A DNA stretch of 62,352 bases, counting the filler, from Circinaria calcarea (taxonomy: Eukaryota): NCBI GenBank assembly GCA_051942165.1. It is 24 parts of 24 records of this genome, joined end to end, with 100 filler letters (N's around TTAATTAATTAA, not from the genome) between each part and the next. Parts side by side here need not be neighbours in the genome. Positions count along the whole stretch, not along the records: positions 36,526 to 39,024 come from JAVECS010003487.1; positions 39,125 to 41,621 come from JAVECS010003488.1; positions 41,722 to 44,218 come from JAVECS010003489.1; positions 44,319 to 46,812 come from JAVECS010003490.1; positions 46,913 to 49,406 come from JAVECS010003491.1; positions 49,507 to 51,999 come from JAVECS010003492.1; 18 more parts are not named here. One strand, written 5' to 3'. The notes below the pieces were generated by a model. That model was not told the origin of the DNA. It was given only the letters and a program-made list of their open reading frames with translations, and did no database searches. A program made the translations under genes and the position numbers. How positions within the stretch are numbered: the stretch's first letter is position 1; each line of letters opens with the position of its first letter. Shown piece by piece: positions 36,526 to 49,800 of the stretch.

Positions 36526-38179
36526 GGGTATAGGGATGGATCTGGTGGATAGACTTGAGCGTTGACTTGAGCGGGCACCTGCTGATGAAACGGCTGCTGC
36601 TGTTGCTGCTGTGGAGGCTGGAAGTTGAGAGTAGCCGGGGATTCAATATCTGCGACAGAGACTGTCTTCTGAGGTCGGGGCTGGTGCATTGTCAACGTAG
36701 CAGGTCGGTTCTCCCGGGACAAAGGATGTTGCGGCAGATTGATGATAGGACCAACGCTGTCACTTCCCATGGCTTCATGGACCCCACCTTGCACTGCGCC
36801 TTTCCCTGGATCAGCAGAAGGCGGCAATCGCACAATCGGTTTGCCAGGCTCTAAAGTTACACCTTGCGCTCGCGATATCGCTGAGCCTGAAGGGGATATA
36901 ATCCCTTCTCGGGAGGCTGCTCGTGCCAAGGAAGACCTTCTACTCATTGCGACGCTTGGAGAATAGTTGCTCCCTCCGTAGGCCGAGGTCCTCCTACTTG
37001 GTAAACCAGCATAGCTGCTGAAGCTGCCTCTGCCTCTACCCCGGCCAAATCCTTGCTGATTGGGTCGCAACGCCCTAGGTATAAATATGAACGAACGGTC
37101 CATAGCAGGAAATATGTAACGCGGAGGAAAATTGGGTATTGATATTCGGACCGGTTTGTCGCGGCGTAGTGGTGGCCTATGATGAGGTAGTCGAGTGTGC
37201 TGGTTGACAGGTACTGCCGTGAAGGTGATTGGATCTTTCATGCCCGATAAATAAACTCTGATTTGCAAGTTTCCAATATGGGTACTTTTTGAGAATGATC
37301 GATTAGGCGGAGGTGTTCTCAAACCAGAGTATGCTGGTCTAGATTGTGGTCCAGGTCCAATCAACGCTTTGGTGGATGATCCCTCAGGTTCGGTAGGTGC
37401 AGGCTGTACAACAGTTTCATGAAGATCATGCGCCCATTGAGCGTCCGCGGGCTGAGGTGCTTGTCTAAAACTCTATTAGTATAAAGGTGCAAAGGTTCAA
37501 AGGAGACATTTTATATTCGCTCAACGTACGTAGCTGAAGAGAAAGGACCTCCATTCCCTCCACGACCTCGTCCACGACCTCGTATCGAAGGCCGGAAACC
37601 ATTCTGTCCAGGAGTTGCAGAACGATGATCGTGCATGAAAAAACCACCTCTGTTGGGAACGAAAGCTGGATCCGCATCTCTTTTCTTCCTATACTCCTCA
37701 TGTTCTTTCCGCCTGCGTTCTACCAAAGTCTCGGTTCGGGTCGTGGCGGATTCCTTGGAAGCCGGAGCATCTTGCGATGGTACCTTTGCTGAATCTTGGC
37801 CCATATCATCAAAATGTATCGCTTCCACGTCGTCAACGTCATCAGATATCTTCAGGCCATTCATCATGGCCTCCGTATCCGTCATTGTGGCGGTGAGAGG
37901 CTGCTTCTTAACAGAAATGACGGATTCCTCGAGCTTGCCATTTACTTCCTCCGTGTAATTGCTGGGATCACTCCTCGCCTTCGCAGGTCTCCGTCTCGGC
38001 GTGCCAGTCTCACTAACATCACTTCCTTCAGCGTCCGCATCGTCATCTGCGTCACTGATAACGGATCCCTCGCTCAACGAATCGTCCTCAATACCAGCTG
38101 CAACAGAGCCCTCTTCCTCGCCATCGTCATCAACTCTCCGCCTACTTGTTATTATGTCTTTCCGGCGAGGAGCACCCAT
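36526..38179 (-). CDS. Btz/CASC3 (Barentsz) domain protein, exon junction complex-related (3'-partial); intron 37465-37529
   Basis: KKRDADPAFVPNRGGFFMHDHR...RGRGRGRG... then WAHDLHE after the intron. The later block HTRLPHHRPPLRRDKPVRISIP...RSFIFIPRALRPNQQ is also conserved. Confidence 0.88.
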
Positions 38180-39429
38180 GATGAAGTGAGATCCCGTGAG
38201 AGGGATCGTAGTCGGATAATGCGGCGTTGCACGGTTCCCCGAGAAATTGCGAGGCACGACGATTAGGCATCCACCATGCAAAAAGGGCGAGCTTGGGAGA
38301 GGCTTTAGCGAAGGATTATTGACAGTTCTCCTACAGGGAGAGGGAGTATCAAGTCTCAATCAACTGTGCTTGGGAGAAGACAGGAGAGAATACTATCAAG
38401 CACACGATGTTGACGTCGTCACCCTGATGCTGTATCACAAAAAAAAGGGCATCAGCCACAATTATGTAAGCCTTTCCTTATACCCTTGTCTAGTACGATA
38501 AGTCCCGGGTCGGGAGCTCGGCTCCAAAAGGGCCTAAGACTAAATCTTTATTGTTCTTACTATGGTCGCAGGCAAAATAGATGTTAGCGCGGTTTTTTTC
38601 AATACTCGTGGAAGGTGCACACGACAGTTTGATTTCATGCAGAAAGCTGGAATAGGCACCGGAAGATACCCTCCATATTACACTTCTTTTCTTTTAGAAT
38701 TCATAAAGCCATTGTTGAGGATACCAGGACTGGTCAAAACCCGCGCTAACATCTATCATACCTGCGACCACAGTAGGCAAAGACTACTTTAGTAGTTTCA
38801 ATCAGGTCAAGTGAAATGCTTAACGACACGCCAAGCTACATCAAGTACATTGAAGCCGAATTATCAGAAGTTACAAGGTGTGCACAGAGTATGATACAAG
38901 ATTCATCCATCCAGGGCGCTCCCTTATGCGACTTTGAACCAAACAAGAAGGGGAGAATTAGCTACATAGAATACATCTGCAAGTCCCTAATTTGAGGCTC
39001 TCCTGGATCTTTGTCTTGACCCAANNNNNNNNNNNNNNNNNNNNNNNNNNNNNNNNNNNNNNNNNNNNTTAATTAATTAANNNNNNNNNNNNNNNNNNNN
39101 NNNNNNNNNNNNNNNNNNNNNNNNGAGGTATTCGAAAACCGACGAGAATAAAAATATAATATAAAGAAAATAAAATACTCCGTTATATTTTTAAAATATA
39201 AATAAAAACGTTATCGAGAATAGATATAGGGGGTTTAAATAATAAAGAATTAAAAAATATATGGCCTGAACTGACTGTTATAGTATAATATATATATAGC
39301 CGGGAGATCGGGATAGGTTTCATTATCGTATTTCTAACTGCTATTCTATGCGTGTAAAAGAGTGTATATGTAAGATGTCGGAGTCCTCCATGCCTGCCTG
39401 CCCATTCCATATGCGCGCCCAGTCACTAG

Positions 39430-39920
39430 TCGTCTTGGCTCCACCATAGTAGCAGCATGAACAGGCGGCGAAGACAGCAGAGAGGGAGAGGAAGGAAAGG
39501 GTAAAAGAACAAGGAGAGCTGTCGTAAAGTTCAAGGCCAAGGAAGGGAAGCGGGCAAAGGTCACGGCGAAGGAAGAGAAGTGGGTAAGAACCAAGGCGAA
39601 GGGGGAACAGCGGCGTGCAGGAAAGAATACGAGTGAACCGTAATTCTACACAATTGAATTGGCCTAGCAAAAGGCTTCCTTTACAGCAACACATATCATT
39701 TAAACACCATAGAATAAAGGAGTTGAGATCACCGTAATTATGATTTTACGGCGAATTTCATTGTGGACAAGGACATCTATTGTAATTGTTTGAGAAATTT
39801 CCATTAATTGGCGTTTTAGTTCAATTGGAAAATAGCTGACCTACGTGTTCATTGTCAGGCCTACCCCGAGGTCAGGTCGATTCTTCGGAATCGCCTACCC
39901 TTGGGTCAGGTCTACCGATG
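39430..39920 (+). mobile_element. Possible degenerate 3' end of a Tc1/mariner-pogo-type transposon
   Basis: A broken Lys/Glu/Arg-rich coding-like stretch, an AT-rich spacer, then paired 20-bp direct repeats (39859-39878 and 39893-39912) of the kind found in pogo-type TIRs. No DDE core or partner end is visible. Confidence 0.3.
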
Positions 39921-40218
39921 CGGGCGTAGTATTGAGGGCCTTAGAATTCATTCCATACACTGATCCTTCGGGCCCGGTGGCATTCTAAGGAGCAGGGTTG
40001 TCCGCTGCCTTCGGGTAGTGTAATTCTCCGGTCATTTTCTATATACAACAAGCTTGTCAACCCTTTGGTGGGAGAGGGCGTAAGTGGGTATATAGAAAAG
40101 ACCGTGGAACCCTTCGGGGTGTACTGCTGCATGGCGTGGGTACGATTGCCCCGAAATTTTTTTTGGGGGAGGGGGGGGGGTAAATTTTTACGAGGGAAAA
40201 TAAAACACGTTACGTTTT

Positions 40219-41367
40219 TCAATCAAGCACGCTTTCACCCACATCCGCCGGAGTTCCTGCTCCATGTTCCTGAGGGTTCTTGCTCCCGCTCGGTAATCCG
40301 TCTGCCTCGTCCCCCTTTGTCGTCGCATGCGAAGTCTTCATTTCGCCTTCTCCTTTCTCCTTTTCCAGCCCTGCCTTCTTGGTTCCTTTCAATTGGGCCT
40401 TAGATCCCGTCGTCGTCTCCATATCCTCGTCCTCCTGTTCGTCCTCTTGCTCAGCAGCCATAGCCTTCTTGGTCTCTTCTTTCCCAGCAAGACTTACGCT
40501 CGAACCTCGATGTTTCATATACTCCTGTTGTCCTTCCCCCCCTAGATATAGAGACGTTCTAGATTCTGCTGTACTTTCGGAGACAGTAGTCGCAGGAACA
40601 TCATCAGCTTTCGACGTTGCTGTGCTATCGCGGGTTTCGGGCGCAACGGCTGAGTCTGCAGACGTGGTTCCGCTGGGAGGGGGGAAACCGGTAGGGCCCG
40701 AATTGTCCAGTTTGGCGAGGGTAGAGGGGAGGGTTTTGGCTGAGAGGGATGCTTTCTTGGAGTCACCGGCTTTCTTTGCCGCTTCATGGCCCGCTTGGCG
40801 CATAACGAGGGTGAGGGGTGTCGATACAGTGGATTGTGGTGGCTGATACGGGGCTGGAGAGGTAATTGTGGATGTGGATGTCGCGGCCGGGGCCGAAGGA
40901 TTCGTGGTAGTGGATTGAGGGGTCTGTAAGGTGGAGGAGGTAAATGGTGGGGCTTTGGAAGGGGTGTTTGCCGCAGAAGGAGTTGAAGTGGATATTGTAT
41001 CGGAACCGATGTTCTCTTTCAATTCGCCATATTCGTTCCATTCTTCTACCTCTTCGTAGTTCTATGTTCCAACGTCCTGGTTAGAACTAGTTCAATGGGG
41101 AGGGCAGATGGAGGCAGAGCATACACCGACAATCATACCCATCCTGACCAAGCCGGGCAGCTTCCTCTTCCCTGCTCGCCGTCCCCATAGCATTCGGGCT
41201 TTCTCGTCTGTGGCAACATCTAGCGCTTTGAAGGGGATCTTGTTTGCTTTGAGTATGCCTTCGAGACGGGAGGTTGCAGTGATGATTTGGGAAGAGCCAG
41301 CCGTTAAGGAGGTGTACAGCCAGAGCGTAGGATCTGTATGGTAGGATTTGGGCGTCGAATCAGCCAT
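40219..41367 (-). CDS. SH3BGR/glutaredoxin-like protein with long disordered tail; intron 41062-41124
   Basis: LWLYTSLTAGSSQIITATSRLEGILKANKIPFKALDVATDEKARMLWGRRAGKRKLPGLVRMGMIVG|NYEEVEEWNEYGELKE. Confidence 0.85.
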
Positions 41368-42703
41368 GTTGGCCGTCGATATGAAGTGCTTGAGTCGCTA
41401 GACGAGACTGAGCTAGGGTTTGGATCATGATGTCTTATTAAGATACGCTATGCTAGTTAGCCTAAAGGGCAGTTTCGTCAACAAAGCCATAAGACAAGAC
41501 GCATTCCTAACTCCTCAAAGATTCTCCTAGTATCCTCCCATCTAGGCAGTGGATAATTATTCTCCAATCAAGACAGTAAAATCTACATTTTCTATTTGCG
41601 ACTGGAATAATACTACAACTTNNNNNNNNNNNNNNNNNNNNNNNNNNNNNNNNNNNNNNNNNNNNTTAATTAATTAANNNNNNNNNNNNNNNNNNNNNNN
41701 NNNNNNNNNNNNNNNNNNNNNGTGCCTAAGCATTCATTGAAAGCAAGGGGAGATTTTGGGAATGGGGGTTAAAAAGCTATCCGATTTACTTATGGACCTA
41801 TGGACCTATGGACTTTCATTTATGATAGGATAGTCATGCACCCCCCCCACTGGCAGCTTGCCCCCACTTGAATGCCGAGCAGCAAAACGGAAACGAAAAC
41901 GAAATGGAATGAAAAAAAAAGGCTTTTTTTTCCCAAAGAAATCTCTGCGGGGGGGAATTTCGCTTCTGCATAGAACAAATGCTGATTTCTCAGAGCTTCT
42001 CTGTTATGGAATCCGGGCGTTTTTCCCACTAGATTTCCAACACACATTTCAATGGAAATAGCACAGTATAGCAAATGCACAACAGCAGTAGGTAGTAATT
42101 TTTTAAATTCTACTAAGCTAATGCATGACACCTCCCATACGTTACTGCCGCATTTTGGCACCGTAGCCAGTTCAGTTTCTGTGCCAATGCCCATTATATC
42201 CTCTGATTTCTTTCAATTCCCCTTCTCCCTAGGAGTTTGGACCTTCGGAATCCCCCGTACTCGATAAGCCCCATCTTTTACCCATTCCTTAGGATCCTAA
42301 TATAGTGGAGCCATTTTTACCTATTTCTTTTTACAGAGATAGGAATTCGCCCATTTCAGGACCCCGCTATCTATCTGTTTAGGAGGCTTTGGAACGGAAA
42401 CGAAAAATTGGGCTTTTTACAATGTTAGGGGGCGGGGCTAGCGGTGAGAAAAAAATGGGGTTTCGCCCCAACTCGCAACATATCATCGACTTAATTCGTC
42501 GATCGAGGGGTCGAGGGTCTTTGCATATCCGAGAAGATCAGAGTGGTGGAATTATATAATTGAAACTTCTTACAGACCTGAAAGGCACTAAATTGCAAAC
42601 CAGCATCGTTGGTCGAAGAGTTTTGTATTTTGAAATAGTGCCCAGTAGAACTTTATGCTCCATCTCAACTGCTAATGTCTTATGCCTCCGCCCATCAGTC
42701 CAC

Positions 42704-44218
42704 TCACAGACCTTGCAGAATCAGCTCCGCGGCCTGTTCCGCAAGCGCGTACACTGTCGCCTGTGGATGCCCTCCGATGGGAACAGGTAGCACACTCGCG
42801 TCAGCAACCCGTAAACCACGTACACCGTAGACGCGAAGATCGGTGCCTACCACCCGGCCCATGGCTGCTGTGCCTGAAGCATGATAATGTGCAGTGCCAG
42901 TGGCCCTGATTCGCGCATCGATCTCTGCGTCTGTAGATTTCGAATTCAGCGTTGGAAACCCGGGTGGCCCCACTTCACTTTCGATATCTGCTTTGCCCGC
43001 CGAGGTCTCCAACAAGGCCTGTAAAGTACGCCGGGTACCGTATATTAAAGAAACACGATCAGCGTTTGTGGCATAGTAGTTCGCATTGACCGCCAGTGGA
43101 TCGGTGGGTGAGGGTGAGCTGAGGCTGAGGCTGCCGCGTGAGGTAGGTAAAAGTAGCATTGTGGAGGTAGCGATGTAGGTTCCGTCCATTGGCACACCGG
43201 GTGCGCCAAGGGTACTGTATACGACCAAGGTTTCGAGATGACATCGGCCTGCGTCAAGTAACGAGCGATTGGAATCCTCGGACTTTGTCGTTTCTTCGAC
43301 GTTGTCTTTCTGTAGTGCATCTTCTAGAAGGTGAACCGGGACTGCTTCATTGACAGACCAGTCACATGGCAGGCCCTTGATATAAGCAGGGTCTGTCAAA
43401 CTGGGACTTCCCAATGCAAGGCCCTTCTCCGGGTTTCGTAGTTTCCACAGCTGATAATGGGCAAAATGGTCACAAAGATTTTTCCCGACCTCGGGAGTCT
43501 CGGAAATTATAGGAATGCCATGTTTCGATAGCATATCTGCTGGTCCAATTCCGGAAAGCATCAAGATTTGCGGTGTTCGCAACGCTCCGGCTGAAAGAAT
43601 AATCTCCTTGCGTGCCGTGAATTGGCTGCCGTCAGTGAGTAACACTGCGGAAGCCACTTGGTTCCCAGCTTTGTCCTTGGAGAAGATGACGCGATGTGCC
43701 ATAGCTCCGGTAACAACTCTTACACCTTCTAGACTATACGCAAGATGGGCCGGCTGACGGTGCCCGTGATGGAAGTTCTCAAGACATTCGGAAATCCCAG
43801 CCAAAGTACCAGAACTCGGAGAAGGGTTATATTTGACCCCAACCTCGGTCCAAGCAGCTCGAATCGGTTCGCGTAGGCCATATTTACGTTTAGGGTCACT
43901 GGCAGAGACAGAGGTAACGTGTATTGGACCGCTGAAACCATGCTGTTCGGTATCCGCTGTGGAGTCAAAGTAATTCTCTGTTCTCCGGAAGAATGGCAGT
44001 AATCCTTTATAGCTCCAGCGACTATCTCCTACTGCTTTCGCCCATTGATCATAGTCGCTGGAATCTCCCCGCGCCCACCCTCCGTAATTGATCACGCTAC
44101 TACCGCCAAGGGCTTTCCCGGCATTGATTGTATGAACACGATTGTCGGTGGTGGATTGAGGGAGAGTCTTGTAAGCCCAGTCTAGGTCGGAACCGAGGAG
44201 GGCAAAGCCGCCTGCAAA
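42704..44218 (-). CDS. GMC oxidoreductase (AA3_2, glucose dehydrogenase/aryl-alcohol oxidase-like; 5'-partial)
   Basis: [59 protein letters not shown]...[15 protein letters not shown]...[12 protein letters not shown] (His/His pair). Confidence 0.95.
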   Translation of the reverse strand, partial: FAGGFALLGSDLDWAYKTLPQSTTDNRVHTINAGKALGGSSVINYGGWARGDSSDYDQWAKAVGDSRWSYKGLLPFFRRTENYFDSTADTEQHGFSGPIHVTSVSASDPKRKYGLREPIRAAWTEVGVKYNPSPSSGTLAGISECLENFHHGHRQPAHLAYSLEGVRVVTGAMAHRVIFSKDKAGNQVASAVLLTDGSQFTARKEIILSAGALRTPQILMLSGIGPADMLSKHGIPIISETPEVGKNLCDHFAHYQLWKLRNPEKGLALGSPSLTDPAYIKGLPCDWSVNEAVPVHLLEDALQKDNVEETTKSEDSNRSLLDAGRCHLETLVVYSTLGAPGVPMDGTYIATSTMLLLPTSRGSLSLSSPSPTDPLAVNANYYATNADRVSLIYGTRRTLQALLETSAGKADIESEVGPPGFPTLNSKSTDAEIDARIRATGTAHYHASGTAAMGRVVGTDLRVYGVRGLRVADASVLPVPIGGHPQATVYALAEQAAELILQGL

Positions 44219-45903
44219 NNNNNNNNNNNNNNNNNNNNNNNNNNNNNNNNNNNNNNNNNNNNTTAATTAATTAANNNNNNNNNNNNNNNNNNNNNNNNNN
44301 NNNNNNNNNNNNNNNNNNGGCATCCACCACAATTTTCATGTATGGGACAATGTTTCCGCTTTGCGGCTTGAGCTGCTGCAACTGTGTATAGATACAGATT
44401 AACAATATCTGCTGGATTCTTGCAGTCAATGAGAATTCTCAAAAGGAGGGCGTGAAGGAGTGTCTCTGCAAAAACGGAATCCATAACGTCGTGCTCTCAA
44501 ATCTTACCCTCAATGAAGCTGAACAAGTGCCTATGAATTCAGCAGAAAGATCGTAAGATATCTCGCCCAATATCGCCACCGGCAGGGCAGAGCAGGCAGA
44601 AACACAAATCATCAAGAAGCCTTACCATCTAGCCTTGCGAAACTACCATCATCATGGATGCCTTGTCCTCCAGGGAGCAAGGCATTGTGCAACCACGGTT
44701 TAGAGGAAGGAAGCAGTCGAAGTGGCAGGTGAGTGGTTACACAGCATTAAAACCACAGTACGTACACACTAATCCCAATAAGATATACTCTAATAAGACA
44801 AGCAGCCTTGTGTCACGTGGTGGAACCGCCCTAGCAATCCCATCCGCCTCCTGCCATTCTCCCCCAGCTAAAATGTCCCCAGTCCAGCATACCCACTGAC
44901 AGAGCAATCACGTAATAAAAGAATAGTGGCCTAATAATCCCTCCCATCTCCCACCTCCACCCCGAGAAGCAGAAGAGAAAAAAGGCCTCATATAAGAAAA
45001 GCGGGGGGCAGGAGAAGAAAAAGGCCCCCCTTTGCAAGTGGGCGAGAAAAAAAAAGCGGACAAGTACCAGTAGTACTCCGTTAGAAATCTGGGATTTGAT
45101 TTCGAAATTTTTGGGCATAAGAAAGAGAAATTCGCCCGGAATCCACAATTCTACCCCGTATTTCAATTCCTCCCATTTCAAAACGCAAGATCTCTCTCTC
45201 TCTCTCTCTACACAAACCCACAGCCCCGGTTTGCGTGCTAGACGAGATGCTCTCCTAGCACCAGTGATCAATCCCAAAGCCCTATAAGCAAAAGTGGCAC
45301 GTCCATGGGATGCAAAATTCAAAAGGGGGGGGGAAGGGGGCTATTAATGTATTTTGACAAGCTTCACGAATCCCTTTTTCGCCAACGCTAGCTACCCTTA
45401 TTCACAAATGCCCTCCAGCCACGTCAGCCCCCCCCAAAAAAGAAAAGAGCACCAGCACACATCCCCCCTTTCCCCTTTTCACCCTTCTCTCCAGCTCATT
45501 CAAAGCCAAAAGAGCATAGTTCAAACTTCCACCCACCTCCATCTCCCTCGTAGCCAAGAAAAGCACAGTCAGCACTCCCCCACCCCTCCTTTCCTATCTG
45601 CCGCGCAAGAGCTTGCTGAGATATTTGTCTTGTATCGCCCCCTTCCATATTGTTTGATCAGCACCCAGATAATCCACATGTGAGAAAAAAATAAAAAAGG
45701 AATGGCCAGCTCAAGCGAAAGAAGGCGCCCGAGTATCGTATGTACTGAAATCCAAAAAGGGGGGTATCTAGCGATCCGTGCACCAAATGAGCGAAAAGCT
45801 GCTTTTTGTAGTTCAAAAGGACAGTCTCTGAGACGCATGTCTGCCACAACCATCTTCGAATCCACGTGCAGATTTTCCGGGCATGATATGCCATTTATCC
45901 ATT

Positions 45904-46812
45904 TCATGGTGTCGATGCACGTTTCGACTTCCTCCCCCGCTCCAACCACCTCCTTTTCCCGATCCTCGTCTCGAAATGAGGTGCTATGGTCGAAACCTCC
46001 TGGCCGGGAGTAGCCGCAGCCGCAGCAATCATCGTGCTCCTCATCTTATTCCTGTACGCGTCCACTCGGATCCATGTCAGCTAGGCTAGGAGAGGAGCAT
46101 GGAAAACCTACGAGACTTTTGCAGAAACATGGTCCTCCCCGAAAACGTCCTGCTCTGGCTCCAGCTCATCCGGTAGCCTAGGTCATTCAGGGTGACCTCT
46201 TTCCTCTTCTTGGCTCGTGTCAATTTCGGTACCGCAACCTCACCCTCGGCGTCACCGAGCATAGGGATAGGGACCACGGTTCTTCCGCGGGTTGCTCTAA
46301 CATCATCTAATGGGCCACCCTCAGCGTCGTCATCTTCAAAGAACCGACTTCCTTTCGCCGAAGAAGGCGGTGATTGCATCTGCACCGGGAAGTAGGAACG
46401 AGGATAGACTGAATTGATCTTGCGGTAAGAGTCGGGGATTTCATCCATCTCGACTTGATCGAGCGTCACACGAACTCGGACACGGGTGTTGTTCTTCGAA
46501 GAATCCTCGACCAGGATGAACTTGCGTCGCTTGCCCTCCGGAAGGTCGCCATATAGTGCTGTGGTATCGTCGTCTTCCTGCTTCGGAACAGCGGTAGCGA
46601 TGGCGGTCGAATGTGAGGCCACGTGAGAGCCCATACCGTTCATACCGTCATGAAGGGACGGAGGTATCGATGCACCGATGTTGCCTTGGGTTGGATAATT
46701 CGAATAGCCGGCGAAGATCTGTGACTGTCGAATGTCATTGGGGGCCGGGCCTGCGATACCATCAGAAAGGTGTCGTGGGTAGTTACCGTTGACTGCAAAG
46801 ACCAAGGCGCAT
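45904..46812 (-). CDS. Conserved fungal protein of unknown function (5'-partial); intron 46065-46111
   Basis: KRRKFILVED...RVRVRVTLDQVEMDEIPDSYRKINSVYPRSYFP...LNDLGYRMSWSQSRTFSGRTMFLQKS|LDAYRNK...HFETRIGKRRW, a block I recognise as widely conserved in ascomycetes. Confidence 0.8.
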
Positions 46813-49800
46813 NNNNNNNNNNNNNNNNNNNNNNNNNNNNNNNNNNNNNNNNNNNNTTAATTAATTAANNNNNNNNNNNNNNNNNNNNNNNNNNNNNNNN
46901 NNNNNNNNNNNNTGGTGGCCGCGGCGATCGACTTTGTGGGAATTGATGGCGAAACTGAATCCGTACACAGTAATCGTGACTGCAGGCACTGGCATTCAGT
47001 CTTACGTGGTCCAGCCCACCAATGCAGATATTTACTTTATGGCCGATAAAAAATCCCCCCAAGTGGCGGTGTGCAATCTCTCTTTTCGAGTCTGTGGAGG
47101 GAAGGCGCAAATCTCGCTTGCAGATGGAAGATATGCACTATGGTATCTGCCATACATTGGGGAGCAAACATTAGTTGCTAACTTCAAAGTGTAACGTCAA
47201 AGCGCATGGACAACTGTTTGTTCTGGAAGACTAGATACGTGGAGAAAGACGATGGGAGAGAGTGGTGATTGCTCTAGGCTGCCCGCAAAAAAGCAATGGC
47301 AATGGCTGTCTGTCCCGCAGACAACCCTTCAGTGCACAATTGGTTATCTCAACATCAAACCCACTTTGGAATCAGACTATGCACTCCTACTTAACACGAG
47401 ATTGCTTTTGCTCTTGTGCTGCTTTTTTCCAACGTGTAAAGACTTCCCGAGCAATTCGTCTGTGCCTTTTCGCGGTGATATACCGAAAGTAATTTCCGGG
47501 AAACGGAACTCGACTTTGCATCTCTGCGTGCCGTATGTACCACACGGTTGGCTCTTCCACTCGACCATTCCCCAAATAACGTTCCATGGCGTAAGTCATG
47601 GGGCCTTCCTGGTCTGATGCAGGCTAAGGGAGAGGTCAGCCATGGTTCAGGACTGGCGTCGCCTGTGAAAGCTTCATACTGGCTGACTCGGAAAAGTTGT
47701 CAACGTTCCGACACCGGCTATAGGCTTTAGGATAAGACCGTCAGGCGTATGGAACGTATGATACCTATCAAGGTATGCCCACAAAGGAGGACGAAGATCC
47801 GGTTGTCACAAGTTCCTAGAAGGTTTCAGTTAGCTAGGTAAGCCTGGCTTTTGGCGGAGCGATTCTCTCCATACGACACCTCAAAGTCTCTGAGCCTACT
47901 CATACGCGTGGAGGTGCTTTAACTCTGGGAGTAAGAGAGACTATGTCTTCACGTGTCAACTTGGATCACCTTTACTGGGATACCAGTCTGTCGTTGGCTT
48001 CATTCGAACCTTTATTGTGATGCTGGACCGATCCGAAGTACATGAATAACGAGATAGTGTACTTACTTGTTCTTGAGTAGATGTGATGTTACCGTGTGAG
48101 GAATCCAGGAGCAAGAAGGTCTCTGGTTATATAAGAGAAGAGAGGGAGGTCTCCTTTATCAAGACGTAAAGGAAAACACCACCCCTCCCCCGCAACCAAT
48201 ACATCCACAAGCAGGACTTATTTCTAAACTGCAGTAGTTTGTTCCAAGCGCGACGACGATGCGACAGCTGTTGGCTATGACGGACTCTCAGAATGGAGGT
48301 GGTTGGGGTTCGACGAGGATTAAGGGCCAAGGGAGTTGCTGATACGGTACCAGCGGTAAGGCTCAGGAAGAGTTTTTCAGTGCCGATGAGAAGTACAGCC
48401 GAGCAGCAGATCTTCTTTCAGGGATGATAGGAGGTAAAGATAAGTTGTCACACGCCCAGAGCTAACGTACGTCTTAGCACCCTTCAGGAAGACATCCACC
48501 CACTGTGTAGATCGGCAAAGGTCCCAGTATAGGTGCATATGACCGAGCTAAGCCAGGTAAGAGTCTGCTATTCCATCGATGACGGAGATGGTGTTAGTCT
48601 TCAGTGCACTCGGGATCCTAAGCGTTCGAGGATATCTACCGGAGGGAGTACTCCACGTTTCGTTACACATTAACTTTGTTTGGATAAAAGGTTCGTATCC
48701 AGTCCCACATCTTTACAGCTAGCTGTAATTGTCCGTACATGGTATATCATGTTGGATCAGGCTGAACACAATCATATCATATTAGCTGTCAGCCGAGTGA
48801 TGGTTGCTAAGTGAAATCCGGCGCGTGTCGATGTTATTGTTTATGTAATAACTCTTTTGTGGAACCTTAGTTCCGGGCTCAACCTTTTGTTTCTGCCTTC
48901 TTAAATTTTTTTTGAGTATGTAATGCATTGCAGCATTTGTTGTCGTAACTGCACGTAATTTCTACCATACGAAGGCAGCATTTAAAATGCAAAGTCAACA
49001 CGGAAATTAAATACTCTTGGAATTAACTGAGAAGTACTTCTAGGCGATTGCTTGCACCTCTAAACACCTTGCTTTAATCAGTTCATCTTTTCTATAGTAT
49101 CGGCACTGTTACCGTCTCGTGTTTGCTAGAAAAGTCTGACAGCTAATTTCTAAAATTCATAGTGTCCAATAGCCAGGCGGTGTCAACGCAGTCATAGGGC
49201 TAGGTGCGCACAAGATTTTCCATTGCCTGGGGTGGTTGCAGCTAGCTGCGCTGTACCAAGCCAGCCGAAACTCGAGAAAGAGAGCCAGAATCGTCAAGAG
49301 ATCACATAAGTGTGGGCCAGAAAGCCTGCCCGGCGGAGGAGAATATACATTACCATCCCTGTTGAATCCTTGTTTGGCGCGGCGAAATACCTACCTCATG
49401 CACCTANNNNNNNNNNNNNNNNNNNNNNNNNNNNNNNNNNNNNNNNNNNNTTAATTAATTAANNNNNNNNNNNNNNNNNNNNNNNNNNNNNNNNNNNNNN
49501 NNNNNNGCGTGGCCGTCTCGGGTTGTCTGATAACTACATAGCCTCTCCAGCATTTCTGCGTGAAGGCGGCAACATCCGGCATCAGCGAGAGGCGTTATCA
49601 ACTCCAGGATACCTGTTGGCACATGCCGCTTTCGCAGAATGGGAAAACCATCTCCGACATTCCCTCCTACTGGACGACTCTGGCTTTAACTGGCTCCGCA
49701 TAGAAGTCATCGATAACGAGAAGATGCTTTGATGTGGTTCTCTCCTGAGAGCACCGATTTTGGCGGCTGTGGTGGGCTATCTAAGTGCATGCTATCTGTT

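Noticed and set aside
40280..40846. Long antisense ORFs (also 58978-59502, 16423-17001 and 37796-38266)
   Set aside because: Shadow frames of real genes on the opposite strand.
44831..45700. ORFs 44831-45322 and 45354-45683
   Set aside because: Low-complexity, homopolymer-rich sequence with no protein-like signal.
48548..48565. U1 snRNA-like CTTACCTGG on the minus strand
   Set aside because: It is simply the complement of a plus-strand 5' splice site; no U1 stem-loops or Sm site follow.
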